Shown here one piece after another: positions 23,193 through 37,392 of a DNA stretch of 64,000 bases. The position numbers were made by a program, and so were the translations under genes. The stretch's first letter is position 1, and each line of letters begins with the position of its first letter. Origin of the DNA: Dendrobates tinctorius (Eukaryota); contig NW_027361716.1 in assembly GCF_039654945.1 (NCBI RefSeq), positions 19,902,001-19,966,000 of the forward strand, given 5' to 3'. The notes below the pieces were generated by a model. The model searched no databases, was not told the origin of the DNA, and was given only the letters and a program-made list of their open reading frames with translations.

Positions 23193-23957
23193 CAGGGGTC
23201 CTCAAACTTTTTAAACAGGGGGCTAGATCACGGTTCCTCAGACCATTGGAGGGCTGGAATATAGTTTTAAAAAAAAATTATGAATAAATTCCTGTGCACA
23301 CTGCACATCTTATTTAGAAGTAATAAAACAAAAATAGGAACAAGTACAATATTAAAAATTAAGTTAAATCAAACTTGCCTTTTTTTTTTTTTTTTTTTTT
23401 TTTTTGGGGTTCTTTGAATATCCTACACTTCGAGTCAATTTTTTTTTCCCTTGATATCATTGTTTCCTAGGGATTCAAAATTGCTATTAGTAAAATACCA
23501 ACATATATTCATCGCTACAAAAACACTAGACCAGCAATAAAATTGCACACAGAGACATAGACTGCAGTGCCCATATTGGTGGAACTCCACTTTTACCTCA
23601 GGCTCAGACTGGTGTGGTGCAGGAATCCCCAATAGGCAGCCCATGTCTCCAATAGGACCTGGTGTTAAAAAATAAGTGTCCCCTGCTGCTCTGAAGAGGC
23701 GCCCGCTCATCAGTCTTCCTACACAGGCGGCGTGACGTCATCAGGCCGCGTGATGACAATCACGCCGTCTGTGTGCACTGTGCTCTGCTGCATACGGAGG
23801 GCTGCATAACTCCTTTCCTCGTCCCACCCGCGATTACAGGGCCTGCCGGCATTGAACTGTAGTGCAGTTCATGAGTTCAATGTCGGCCTGGCGGGGGCCG
23901 GATAAAAGTCCTTGGCGGGCCGCATGTGGCCCGCGGGCCGTAGTTTGAGGACCCCTG
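23193..23957. mobile_element. Non-autonomous hAT-Charlie element, OposCharlie1 (OC1)-like ends
   Basis: TIR caggggtcctcaaact; perfect 8-bp TSD ttgtataa; family name from recall. Confidence 0.85.
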
Positions 23958-25070
23958 TTGTATAAAAACACACCCAGAATAGTCATTTAATTGAATGACA
24001 AACTCCTTTAATCTTAATTAACCATACTTGCGTCATTGCCCATTTTAAGTGACACCGTTTTCCCTGTGAGAATTAAAATGGCAATATTCCTCACCATTCT
24101 GCTGAGCAGATGATCCACTTGTCCCACGACAGGTCTAGCTCTGCTACCTCTAGATGGCAAGTTGCATGATGTGACCGTACAGCCTGACATCCAGCTGAGA
24201 CTGGGCAGCATCTGCTACTGCTGCTCAGTGACTTGCGTGTCTGTGAGGTCACAGCCTGCTGTCCTTGACTTTTCTGCAGCAAAAACACTGCAAAAAAACA
24301 TGCCTGCAATTTTTCACCACCCAAAGACGTGCTCTGTCCAAAAGACGCAGCAAAGCACAAAATGCTGGTGACAAGAAACCAAGCTGTATGCATGAGATTT
24401 CTGAAACCTCCTACATAGCTGGTACTGTCAAATGCAGCTGACAATTGGCATAAAAAAGTAGCAAAAACGCCCAGTGTGAACCTAGCCTAAAGGAAGACAC
24501 TTTGCATCACTATCGGGAAGGTAGTACTCCTAGTTAGAAAGCATAGAAGGGGGAGGCCAATCTGGAGCAATGACCCAGGCAGCTGCCATATGACAGGTTT
24601 ATGATGCAGTAAGCTGCTTCTTACCCTTTAATGTTGCAACCTAAGATCATGTTTGTTTGTTTTTTTTATTCTAAACTGTATATACAAGTGATTTCTACAA
24701 AATCATGTTTTTAGGTGACCCACTTAAGTCAAGCGATGTGGCGATCATGTCAAATGGTTACGGAGCCGTCTCTCCCATGCAAACTTTGACGAAAATGGGT
24801 GTCACTTCTCCGTTTCATAGTGTAAGGTTCATGGACTTTTTTCTAACTCTCCTGGTGCATGGCGGCTGGAAGAAGCACCAAACTTGTTACCGGGCTCATG
24901 CCTCTAAGGTTATGTTCACCTTGTAGTGCTTGGCAGAGAGCACTTTTATCAGGGGAATTGTTAAAATCCCTGAAAGTAGTCTGTATTCTGATGGCAGCCC
25001 TGACATGCCCCAACTGAGCCAATGAAATTGGAGACGCTGGACACTCTGTCCTCCATTATGTCATTATTTT

Positions 25071-28000
25071 TTTTTTCTCTTCGCCGTGACAGCATCCACT
25101 GAGAGGGGATCTGCCCCCAGGAACAGGAAACCTACAGAGATAAATGGGGCGGCTCCCTCAGTTTGGTTTCCTGTTCCTGGAAGGAACCCGCAGAGAAGAG
25201 TGCCTGGCCTGGTTGCCACCCACTTGCATTATATGAGCAGCAGGGGCCCCAGAGCTGGAAGCGGCAACGGGCTGATCAGAATATGGATTCCCCCCCCCCC
25301 AGCTGGTAATGTGGGTGAGGCTGTGGCAAAATGGGCCTGGCTCACCTTAATATGGCATGGAGCCGATACCAGGATTCCTCCTGCAGGGGTGGCACGCATT
25401 ACAGAGCGCAGCAGCTATGGATGCCCGTTCCCCCACTAACACAGCGAGGCAAGGGGAAGTCTGGGTCCCTGAGCTCACACGGACGCAAGAATGCCAGGAG
25501 CGCTTAAGGGGAGAACGACATACCTGACACGTCAGTGTATGTCTGTCCTCCGGTGATGCAGGTGTTTGGGAATTGCCCGGTGGAGGAAGAAGCTGGCGTT
25601 CCTGCACTGGGCTGAGCAACCTGGAAGTGCAGGGAGGACTTCCGGGGCACGAGGAGGCGGAGGACCGCAGTATCGCGTCAACACCAATCGTGCATGTGTG
25701 CTGGGCATGAAGAGGGGAAAAAAAATGTGTAGGAAAATGAGCGAAACCCAGGAGCTGCATAAAAGCACCGGCCAGAGGCACACCGGTGCGCAGCCATGTC
25801 GTCTAACGACCCGGTTTCACTCCAGTTAGTGCAACCAGAGCAATCCTCTCATGACTGTGCCAGGAGAAGTGGCAGGAGTGGCAGCACAAGGAGTGGAAGC
25901 TCCAGGAGAAATACTAGTGGATGCCCCAGGCAGAGCGAGTCCACGGAGAAGCAGAAGGAGAAAAAAACCATCCCTCGCCTCAGCCCGAGTCGCAAACCCC
26001 GCAGCTGGTACTGTGCTGATGAAATTCACAGGTGAGTGTTTAGTCAAGCCTTGGGCTGATGGCGGCTTTTTTTTTTTTTTCTCGATTCGCACCCCTTAGG
26101 CCAAAAGGACCGAGAAGGCCAAAAACAGGGAATGTGCCTTATGCTCCCAACCCCTCCCAGACGGTCACCCTAAGAGGTTATGCCAGCCCTGTATTGAACA
26201 AACACTACAGGAGGAATCTTCAGGGGGAAAAAAGAGGATATCCATACAATAATTAGGGAGGAGCTGCGGGCCTTAGGTGGTTCCAGTAGTCTGGGGGGGG
26301 CACTCGGTCACCAGGGAGATAGCTTCACCAGAGTCGAGATCACCTTCAGAGATGGGGGAACTGAACTCGGATAGATGGCTCTCAAGAATATCAGATGAGG
26401 AGCAAGTTTGCTTTCCCACAGACAGCGTCAGCAATTTGGTGGTCAGTTCAGAATACCATGGGGTTACCCGACACTAAAGAGCCTAATACCCCACAGGAGA
26501 TAATGTTCGTGGGTATCTCCCAGAGAAAGGTCTGGGCCTTCCCAGTAGTTCCAGCAATTAAAGAGCTGGTGAAAAGGGAGTGGGAGAAACGGGGGCAAAG
26601 AACCCTTCTCCCCTTACCATCTAAATGAAAATACCCGTATGACGAGCTAACGTCCTGGTCCAAAGCCCCCAAAGTAGACGTGGCAGTGGCCTCCACTTCT
26701 CACCGTTCTTCCCTACCAGTGGAAGACTCGGCTGTTACCCGATCCCTTAGATCGCAAGGCAGATGCCTTCCTCAAGTGGTCTTGGGAGGCATGCATGGCG
26801 GCCCTCAAGCCAGCCATATCAGCTAAATGCACAGCAAGGTCCATGATATGGTTAAATGATCTGAAGGAAAACATAAAAAAATGGAGCATCTAGAGACAAG
26901 CTCCTCTCCTCTATTCCCTTGATTAGAGGTGGAGCGGCCTTCCTTTCTGACGCCTCAGCCAATTCCCTCCGATTATCTGCTAGAGGGGCAGGACTGGCCA
27001 ATGCGGGCCTTATGGTTAAAGGGGTGGAGAGGCGATATGCAGACAAAGACCAAGCTCTGCGCTATACCCTGTCAGGGTAAGTACCTGTTCGGCAGAGAAC
27101 TAGACGAGATCCTGACGAAAGCGGGGGAGAGGAAGAAGGGGTTCCCTAACCTGTACTGTTATGAATGGGTCACCAAGGAGGAAAAAACAAAACAAGCTAA
27201 GTCACAGAAAACCAGAGAGGTTGGTAACTATGCAGATTGCAGATCCCTGATCCTAACCACACAACTAGCAGCAGCTGTGGAGCGTTCCTATGATGAACCT
27301 AGATGCTTTGGCACAGCCGGAGGACTAAATAAGCCTAAAGCAAGAAAAGAGGAAAACTAACTGCCCCAGAGCAGACCCCAAAGGAATAGATAGCCCCCAC
27401 ACATGTATTGACAGTGAAACAAGATGAAAACACAAACACAGGCAGGAAAATAGGCTGAGCAAACTATGGGGCCCAAACTAACTAGAAAGGGCAGGAAAGG
27501 AAAGACACTGTCTGCAATCTGCCAAAAGCCCTACAAAAATGTCCAACACTTCTGATGACAAAATTAACCCTGAAGTCACTAGACTTCTCCCACTATATCA
27601 GCACTCTGAAATATTCTGAGACAGAGCAAAAAGAGGCCAGTCTAATAAGGGCCAAAAAGCAAATTGGCAAATGCAGATAAATAAGAGTGGAAATTCAGCA
27701 CAGCCCCAGCCGGGGCTGGCTGACCACACAAAAAACTGAATAGACCAACAAAATCAAGTCTGAACATTAGCAGAAAAACTTAGCTTGAGCTGACTGGAAC
27801 AGAGCTGAGAACCAAGACCTGTATAGCCAGAAGGAATCACCAGCACCAGAATAGGCTGTCTTAAATCCAGTGTGAGATTCCTGAGGTCCAATCGTTATCC
27901 TCATTGTCAGGTGGCAGATCTCTACTGATTAAATCAGCCTCACTACCTCCTGTTACCACCAGAGGGAGCCTGGAAGGAGAACTCACAACTGCTAGACCAG

Positions 28001-31000
28001 AAAATGAACTCGCAACACTGTATGTTCCCTTTAACAGGAGAGCCTTCAAGAAGCCTCCATTTGGTAGGAAAGATTTCAAATCCCAGGCCGCTGGGGCAAT
28101 AAGGACCCCAAGCAGAAAGGTAGCCTATTCGGAAAACGTCCATTCAAATCTGGAGACAGGTTCCGGTAGGGCCAATCCACCGGTAGGTGGCAGACTGTTG
28201 CAGTTCAGCCACCAGTGGGGGAAAATTACATCTAACCCCTGGGCCGTTAATATCGTTAAATCAGGCCTAAGATTAGAATTTGTTTGGTACCCGCTGGACT
28301 CCTTTGTATTGATTTCTTGGAAGTCCCCAGTGCAGCAAGAGGCTTTGGAAGCGGAGATTACAGCGCTCCTGTCTAAGCATGTTCTGGTAGATGTTCCAAG
28401 GCACGAAAGGGGAATTGGATTTTATTCTCCCCTGTTTCTAGTCCTGAAGCCAGATGGCTCCTTTAGGACAATAATTAATTTAGAAAAGCTTAATATGTTT
28501 TTAAGGCTGTGCACTTTCAAAATGGAATCAATACGCTCAGCAATAAAACTCTTGTTCCCTAGCTGCTTTATGGCAGTCTTGGACCTAAAGGATGCTTATT
28601 ACCATCTCCCTATATGCAGCGAGCACCAGAAATTCCTACAGGTAGCAGTCTGGTTAGAAGGCTGGATACAACATCTTCAGCTTACGGCGATGCCGTTCGG
28701 ACTATCCATGGCGCGCCCCGCGTGTTTACCAAGCTAATGCTAGAGGTGATGTTGCAGGTAAGGCTGAAAGACACGTTAATAGTCCTGTATTTGGATGACC
28801 TTATAGTAGGGAATTCTGTTTCTCAATGCAAGAGCAGGATGTATATCTCATCCCTGCAGACGCTAGGCTGGCTAATCAACTGGGGGAAATCCAGATTGAA
28901 ACCAGTAACCTGTCAGACGTTTCTGGGCCTGCAAATACTCTAAGTCAGAAATGCTTTTTACCAGAAACAAAAGCAAGGGTCATAGTTAGCAAGATATGCA
29001 TGGCAAGTGACAATCCCACGATGTCCTTGAGAGAGGGTATGTCCTTGTTGGGGTCCTTAATATCATGTATTCCGGCAGTACAGTGGGCCCAATTTCATTC
29101 CAGAAAGTTACAATGGGCCGTTTTGCAAGAAGTGGATAGACTGCAGGAGTGGTTGGAAGGGAGAATGTCCCTGTGACCAGAGGTAATCTGTTCCTTAGAA
29201 TGGTGGTCAAACCCAAACAAACTAGCGGGAGTGGGTTCCTTGGTGGGTTGTCCCCTCTAAAATAGTCACCACGGATGCTAGCCCCTCGAGGTGGGGGGCC
29301 CACCTAGGGGAAGATATCATACAGGGCCGATGGTCCGAGATGGAAGCGGTAGGTTCGTCTAATATGAAGGAACTTGCTGCGATATATTATGCTGTGTCCA
29401 AATTTCTCCCGCAGGTAAGAGGAACCCACATGAGGGTCCAGTCGGACAATACCGCTGCAGTAGTATACATAAACCGGCAAGGAGGTACGCAATCAGGTCC
29501 GCTCATGTCTATCACAGAAAGGATCTTGGGAGATGGCCAAATTACACCTCCACTCCCTGTCTGCACTCCACATCAAAGGAGTGGACAATTCCAGGGCAGC
29601 CTTTCTCAGCTGCTAGACGTCACATCAGGGGGAGTGGGTCCTCAGACAGCATATCTTCGAGATGATAGCGGCAAAATGGGGCAGACCAGAAATAGATCTG
29701 TTCGCAACAAGGGCCAACAGGCGGGTAGAAAGGTTCGCTTCTCTATACAGAGCAGACGATCCAGACGTGTTCGAAGCCCTCCAAATACCCTGGACGTTCC
29801 TGCAGGACAACGCCTTCCCTCCGATGTTGCCAACAGTGGTGAGGAAAATAAGGGGCGAGAGTCATCTTGATTGCCCCGTTTTGGCCCAAGAGGCTGTGGT
29901 TCTCATGGCTGAGGGCCATGTCAATATCCGATCCATGGATCCTACCACTACATCGGGATCTTCTCACAGGGTCCCTGTTACCATCCCTGAGTCAAAGCCC
30001 TGCACCTAGCGGTATGGAATCTGAGAGGGAGCTATTGAAACTGAGGATTCTCAAATAGTTTAATTGACACCCTTCTACAAAGCAGAAAAGAATCCACAAC
30101 AAAAATTTACGCTAAAGTATGGAAGATTTTTATTCTTTCACCCAGCAAGGCTTTCCAGCGAAGTACCTATTACGGCTATTCTAGAATCCCTGCAGAAGGG
30201 CTGGGAGTTGAGGCTCTCGGCACACTAAAGGTCCATGTATCGGCTCTAGGAGCCTTATATAACCTCAACGTGGCAGGCAACAAATGGGTGGCCAGATTTA
30301 TTACCGTCTGTCAGAGCGAACCCGGTTCACATTCCTCAGTTGCTAACATGGGACCTTAGCTTGGTCTTAGATGCCTTCACACAGGCCCCATTTGAGCCCA
30401 TACACTGTGTGTCAATAAAATGCCTTTCATTGAAGACTGCTCTACTGGTAGCTTTAGTTTCAGCAAGAAGAGGAAGTGATCTCCAAGCCCTGTCGGTAAA
30501 TCCCCTTTTCCTGTCAGTAGTCCAGGACCGGCTTGTGTTAAAGACAGACCCATTGTACCTTCCCAAACAAGCTACTAGGTTTCATAGATCCCAGGAGATC
30601 TGCCTACCCTCCTTCTATGACAACCCAACAACACCAGAGATTAAATATCACAGCTTGGACGTGAAGAGGGCAGTGCTAGCCTACCTAGATAGGACCAGTC
30701 CCTGGAGGCAGAGTAGGTCTCTTTTTGTCTCCTTCCAGGGTAACAAGAATGGGTTGGGAGTTACAAGAAGCACGCTGTCTAGGTGGATTAGAGATGCAAT
30801 CTCGATGGCATATTCGGCAAAGGGAGGAGACCCTCCACAGGGCATAAAGGCGCATTCTACTCGAGCCATGTCTTCCTCGTGGGCCGAGAGGGCAAATGTC
30901 CCAATTGAACTAATATGTAAGACTGCAACCTGGTCTTCATCTACCTTCTATAGTCACTGTAGACTAGATTTGTCCTCCTGAGGATTTGGCCTTTGGCAGA

Positions 31001-31430
31001 TCTGTACTTGGCACGGTGCGCCCTCCCAGGTGATTGTCTCTGAAAATCTCTGTGGGTGCTGTTGTGGCAAAGAGAAAAAACCAGATTAATTACCGGTAAT
31101 ACTCTTTTGTAGAGTCCATGACAGCACCTGCTCACTTCCCCCCCCTTAATGTATAGATTTACACCCTGGTTTTCCTTGGTGGTGGAGAATGATTAGGGAT
31201 TAATCTGTAGATAGGTGTAGCAGATGTAGGAATATGTTAGAGATGAATGGCTTATCTGGCATATTGACTAAGACATGTATGGCGGTTCTTCCACTGTTCT
31301 CTGTAATCCAAACTGAGGGAGCGAGGGGGGCTGCCCCATTTATCTCTGTAGGTTTCCTGTTTCTGGGGGCAGATCCCTCTCTGTGGGTGCTGTCGTGGAC
31401 TCTACAAAAGAGTATTACAGTAAGTAATCC
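25071..31430 (+). mobile_element. DIRS1-type retrotransposon B (full-length, degenerate)
   Basis: ITRs ~25071-25166 and ~31308-31430; ICR ~31047-31128; gag, RT (LDLKDAY, YLDD), RNase H, MT and YR (HSTR) fragments. Confidence 0.93.
27157..28017 (-). mobile_element. Solo LTR inserted in DIRS-B gag
   Basis: TGTT...AACA, TSD ctgtac/ctgtat; removal restores the reading KKGFPNLYVPFNRRAF. Orientation is inferred. Confidence 0.85.
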
Positions 31431-32799
31431 TTTTTTTTTTTTTTTTTTTTTTTTTTCCCAGACTGGTGCAAAGAGTTTACTTGTTTGGAAAATAAATATT
31501 TCCAGGGTGACCTCTGTCCACAGTGCAGTTGGGGTTTTGGCTAGGATAGTTTGCAGACTCCAAGAAACACTCTTATTTGTAAGTATTGTAAAGTCACTTG
31601 CAACTTTGATGTTGGGCCATGAAGCAAAAAAAGTTGTAATACTTTTTTTTTTTTTTTTTTTTCCCCCTTCCCTGGACTTGTGACATGTTGCTGTGTAACC
31701 CAAAGCTGTCCACACTAGGAAATTTGGATTGCTAAAAGGACAGAGTTAATCACTTGTGTTGTCATGAAAAGATGCACGTGACAATAGAAAATTGTGCAAG
31801 GGTGCATTTATGCTGCATAACTGGGAACAAGCCCTTCTAGGGACACTTGTAGTAATTGTGCGGTGTAAACAGGCTGTCTATCATTAGCTAAATGCTCATA
31901 TGACCGGTGGAATGAGCTCTAGTCATTGTTCTCGGCAGCTCATTGTCTGGTGTAACCTGGGCCTGTGCTACCCAGAAAAATGGCAGCCTATGCACAGAAC
32001 GATGCATATAACTAATCGTGTGCATACTATCTGGTCTGCCTGTCTAAAGCTATTACACAACAAATTCTGTGTATTTCTATCGGTAATTTACTGCAACAGA
32101 TCACATAATGTAAATGGGGTGAAGTTTGTCAGTAACATAATCTAGTTTATTTTTCTTCCTCCTTATCTGGTGCTGAAACTTTCATGCTGAATTGCAAATC
32201 TTCATCCAATCCTTGGAAGTCCAGATCTGGTATTTTTCTATGTAGTGGTGTTGCTCAGGATGGCTACCTTCAGACTGACCGTGAGCGGTCCTGAAAATTG
32301 CAGTCTGAATCCCCAAATGTATGTCTACGGGTGGGGGCCTTTGTGCTACATCTGTACAATCTTGTCAGGTCAGCTGGTCATTGTCCTTTGACTCTTGTCA
32401 GTTCACCATTGATAAACTAGAAGTTCTAGTGTCTGAGACTTCACCAAATTTCTTACAGGAAGAACTAAGGATCTCCTAGAATGGGCTGTACTAGTCCAGT
32501 CTTATCCTTGAGGCGTTGTGCCAGGAGTCTGGCAGATTCTTGTACCACCTATGCTGATATAACTTCATGGTTATGGAGGCCTCAGGTCAGACAGGTCTTC
32601 TCACTCCCAGATGTGATGTGCACTGTTGTATTGTCTGTCCTTGCATATCACTAGGGCTGTATTTGTAGTAGCTATTTAACTTGCATAGCATGTAAAGACT
32701 GAACATGCAATCTGGGAAGGTACCTGTGGGAATAGAAATGTATACCCTTCATTCACCACAAGGAGATAGCCCTGAAGTTCTCACCTATCCTGACATGAC

Positions 32800-32995
32800 T
32801 AATAATAATTAGTGCCATTTATTCTATGGCGCTTTACATGTGAAAAGGGAAAATATAGACAAGTACAATAAACATGTGCAAGACAAGGGGCACACAAGTA
32901 CAGAAGGAGAGGACCCTGCCCACAAGGGCTCAGTCTACAGGGATGGGTGAGGATACAGTAGGAGAGGGTAGAGCAGGTCGTGCGGTGGTTCATTC
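32800..32995 (-). mobile_element. L2-like LINE/SINE 3' end fragment
   Basis: Minus strand ends tgtaaagcgccatagaataaatggcactaattattatt. Confidence 0.5.
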
Positions 32996-33098
32996 AAAAC
33001 ACACAAAAAGACCACATACGACCATAAGTCCCATTAAAAATAACTTTTAATTATATTATCACGATATATATCAAAAATATCTTTAAATATAAAAATAT

Positions 33099-33228
33099 NN
33101 NNNNNNNNNNNNNNNNNNNNNNNNNNNNNNNNNNNNNNNNNNNNNNNNNNNNNNNNNNNNNNNNNNNNNNNNNNNNNNNNNNNNNNNNNNNNNNNNNNNN
33201 NNNNNNNNNNNNNNNNNNNNNNNNNNNN
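33099..33228. other. Assembly gap
   Basis: Run of 130 N. Confidence 0.99.
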
Positions 33229-33730
33229 ATAAGGGCAGTACCATCAGGTGAGTAACATCCATATCACATACTAGTGCAAATCATTATATCCAATGAAAAT
33301 ATGTGCAATAGAAGCCTCAATGTACAATAAAGTGCATATAAAAATCCCGAAACGTGCGTTGGGGCAGGGTGTCCTATTCCAGGTGACCAGGAGCAGTTCA
33401 AGCAGTATTCACTGTAAGTTAACACTGTCATCTCAGGTTATTTCACTTTAATTTGCACTGCTTTATTTGATATATTCACACACGCCCTTTATAAGGACAT
33501 TTTCGTTGTCCCCCCTCTTATGTGGATAGATACACTGACACCTAGTGTAAGGTTAAAAACCACAACTACATTGTTTGCACTGTGAAGTTTTGTTAATGCA
33601 TTTATTGATCTTTTTATATGCACTTTATTATACATTGAGGCTTCTATTGCACATATTTTCATTGGATATAATTATGATTTGCACTAGTATGTTATATGGA
33701 TGTTACTCACCTGATGGTACTGCCCTTATT
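33229..33730. repeat. Inverted repeat (~115-bp arms), Penelope-like remnant
   Basis: 33229-33345 is the reverse complement of ~33610-33730; cgaaacg half-hammerhead-like motif near 33348. Confidence 0.6.
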
Positions 33731-34930
33731 TTTAGATGCTGACCTGGAGCACAGGCATCACTGCAAAACTGAAAATAAAGATTAAACAACAAGATGGATT
33801 TCATCACCAGGTATCATTGTAATCAGTATTATGGCGCTGACCTGACACGGTCTGTAGGTTACTGTGCACAATCCTGCTGACTGCTTCCCTTAAATCTGTC
33901 CTCTGCAGGGTTTCCCATGGGGGTCCTGAGACTTTAGTCTTGCTTTCTCCAGTCACTTTCTATTAACAGCTGCAATCTCTAATCTCTGATTTATTGCCTG
34001 AAATACATACTGTTCTTTGCAGAAAGGGGAACTTGACTGTCATTTCTCCTAGTAAAAATGACAATGGGTAAAATATAGATCGGCCTTTATTAAAGTGCAG
34101 AAGTAAAGCTGATAACATTCCATGTCTTTAGGGACCGGTGTGGAGTTATGGCAATGGCAGTACTTCCATGTTGTATGCATGCACGTATGACATTGGATCT
34201 TTACCACTGTACAGAATATGAAGAACAGAAGTCAGCGTGGAGCTCCTTACAGTCCATATAAAGCTCCTCTGATCTGATGTCTCAGAAGCTGCACTCGGAT
34301 TTGGCAATAAAACTTCTCAATTGTAACAACCTTGAGTGCTAATCCAGGTCCATATATATCCCAAACAGGGTCACCTTGACCTGGTGGAATGGCTGTTTTC
34401 TTTGATCCAAATTATGTAAAGTACCTTATGTTTTCATGCAGTATTGATGCTTGCTGCAGGGTACCTGCTCACTTTGTAGAAAAAAACCTAAGATAAAAAC
34501 AGCCTTCTGCCCACTACCGACAAAGTTAGAAGGAAACCGGACTGGCTGTAGACTGTAATGCGATATATTGAGTGGTCTTGGCCCCTTCCAAATATGCCAA
34601 CAAAAATTCAGATTGAAAGGCCATCACAACCTGTTCTAGCAATTGTCTGGATCCCCATTATTACATCTTATGTGCAGGATCAGAAGTTGGTAGAACTCTA
34701 ATTGCACCTGGAGTCTCTGGAAATAGGTTCTCTATAAGCCTAATACCTGAACCGGCCACTAAATTCCTTCCTGGAGTGACCAAATAAAGGTAAAAATGGA
34801 AAGTGTGGTAGGTTGGTGGTGATTCTCACTGGTGACAAATTCGCAGCACCTGAAGTCTTGTATGTTTCCTGCACCTAACTGGCCATCAACTACAAACCGC
34901 AATGGATCCCTGCAGTCTCCAACATGATGA

Positions 34931-35365
<435 letters not shown>

Positions 35366-36224
35366 TAAGCAATGTTCTGTTCTCCTTTTATACATCGGAG
35401 TTGGTCTAAAATTCTTTATTCCCCCCCCCCCCTTCCTTCCTTCCTTATCCCCCCAGTGCCAGCCATGTAGGGTCAATGTTTGCAACTGGGTTGAGTCTTT
35501 TTAGGAGCATTGATAATGCCAGGAGTAAATGCAGATGGTCTGCTTTCACACTATTCCATACAATCATATTATGGGTTTGTTGATTTACTTATGTTTTAGC
35601 ACTTTAAATTTCCATATTTAAAAATCCATTGTTAGAATTAAAGGTGTATTTAGTCAATTAATAAGCTGAGTGCACATTATCCTGTGAATGTCCTACCATG
35701 AACCAATGTACACTTCCTAATTAAACGGAAGGGTTACTTCTGCAGAAGTCCATAGCAATGAAGTGGCTGCAATTTGTCTGCAGTAATGTTCAACCTCTGG
35801 CAGCTGCTCCAAAGCCAGTCTGTATAGCGGAGAGATGCCTGCCTTAAAACTAACTTTATTCTTTGCTTATATAGGGGTTTTCACTGAATAATCCATATTG
35901 CGTGCCAGAAAAAGTACTAGATCACTAGGTAAACTATATGTATGGTCTAGATAGACATTTGATATAAGAGGCCAACAAATTACTATTTATCTGTTATTTG
36001 GAACAGACTGCGGAATAACCCTATTAAGACAATGTTGTCTCCCTACTGCAGAGCTTGGGACCCTTAAACCTACACTTATGGTGCTTCCGCTAACAGTTGA
36101 CTCTCCCTGTTAAGCCCTATTAGGTCATAAAGTGAAACGGGGAGGACAGTGTAAATCCAACAGACAGGCAAATGAAGTACTGTATAATCGGGTTTGGAAT
36201 AGATCTCAAATATTGGAAATAGTG

Positions 36225-36946
36225 GGTTCACATAGTAGAAGCAACAAGGCACTCTCTCAAATAATATGAAGTAGGTGCACAAGTAGGATTTCCAGCCCAC
36301 GTAGTAGTATAAAGGAACTTGGCACTCAAATGGCAAATGGAGTAAATCTTTTGTTTTATTTGCATCCAGACTATGCGTGTTAAACGTTTTCGATCCGATA
36401 ATGGATCTTCATCAGAACTTCTCCATTTCAGCGGTTACATCGCAAGTTTTCTGGCGTCCTCCACTTCAGCGGTCATACCGCAATCTATTTGGGCCAGAGG
36501 AAGCAGCGCCACAAAATAAGTGACTTGGGTTGCTATACCAAACGCATTGCGTCCCCTTATATATACCAAAATATAGGAAAGATGTAATTCACGCACCAGG
36601 CATAATTATCGCTCTTCACTTTTTGGTTGGCACCTAGATACCGGAAGTCCACAGGATCACTTGCACCTGAAATTTGTTCTCAAGATACTATTTGGCAAGA
36701 CTTATACTGCTTGACATAGTTTAACTTTTTTGAAATGTGTATCTCTCCTATGCATTGTAAGATTTGACACTTTCTCTATTATACTGTGATACTCAATAAT
36801 ATAGATTCATTTCTATTTTTGTATATATGTTCTTATAGAGAAGTTCTGATGAAGATCCATTATCAGATCAAAAACGTTTAAGACGCATAGTCTGGATGCC
36901 AATAAAACAGATTTACTCCATTTGCCATTTGAGTGCCAATTTCTTT
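36225..36946. mobile_element. Penelope-like element with inverted arms
   Basis: 14-bp direct repeat tattggaaatagtg at 36211-36224 and 36947-36960; arms 36311-36423 and 36838-36947 are reverse complements and each carries a hammerhead motif. Confidence 0.75.
36379..36418 (-). ncRNA. Minimal type I hammerhead ribozyme motif
   Basis: Minus strand GUU-CUGAUGA-A-GAUCC(AUUAUC)GGAUC-GAAA-ACGU-UU-AAC; conserved core intact, palindromic loop III, short stem I. Confidence 0.65.
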
Positions 36947-37392
36947 TATTGGAAATAGTGAGGACTGTCACAAGAGTATAGTTTCATCCAATTGCATTTA
37001 GAATTGTGAAAATATTTCAAAAGACCCCAGTAGGAGACACCAAGGGGGAACTTCTTGCCCCAATCAATGGGTGCGACAATTGGTCCAAACCAAGGTAAAG
37101 ATCAAGTTCTCCTCCAGACCTCCACAAATATTGAGTAACCTGTCATCTCATCTTAGTGTCCAGACTACAAAAGTTCTCTCTGCTGGGGTGGTATCCCCAG
37201 TACTGAAAACAGTGCAGAACAGGACATTGTTCCCATGTGTTCCTAATTAAAAAAAAAAACAAACAAAAAAAAACAAATGGAACATACAGGATAATAAATT
37301 TGAAACCTCTGAATATGCACAAAGTACAGGAGGTTCAAGATGGAATCGTTAAACACCATTCAATTGGTAGGACAAGGCTTTTGTAATGGCAA

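Larger units (their letters stand above)
20755..24487. mobile_element. Old Harbinger-type non-autonomous element hosting CR1 and hAT insertions
   Basis: gactaacttcacactggg ... cccagtgtgaacctagcc|TAA. Confidence 0.55.
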
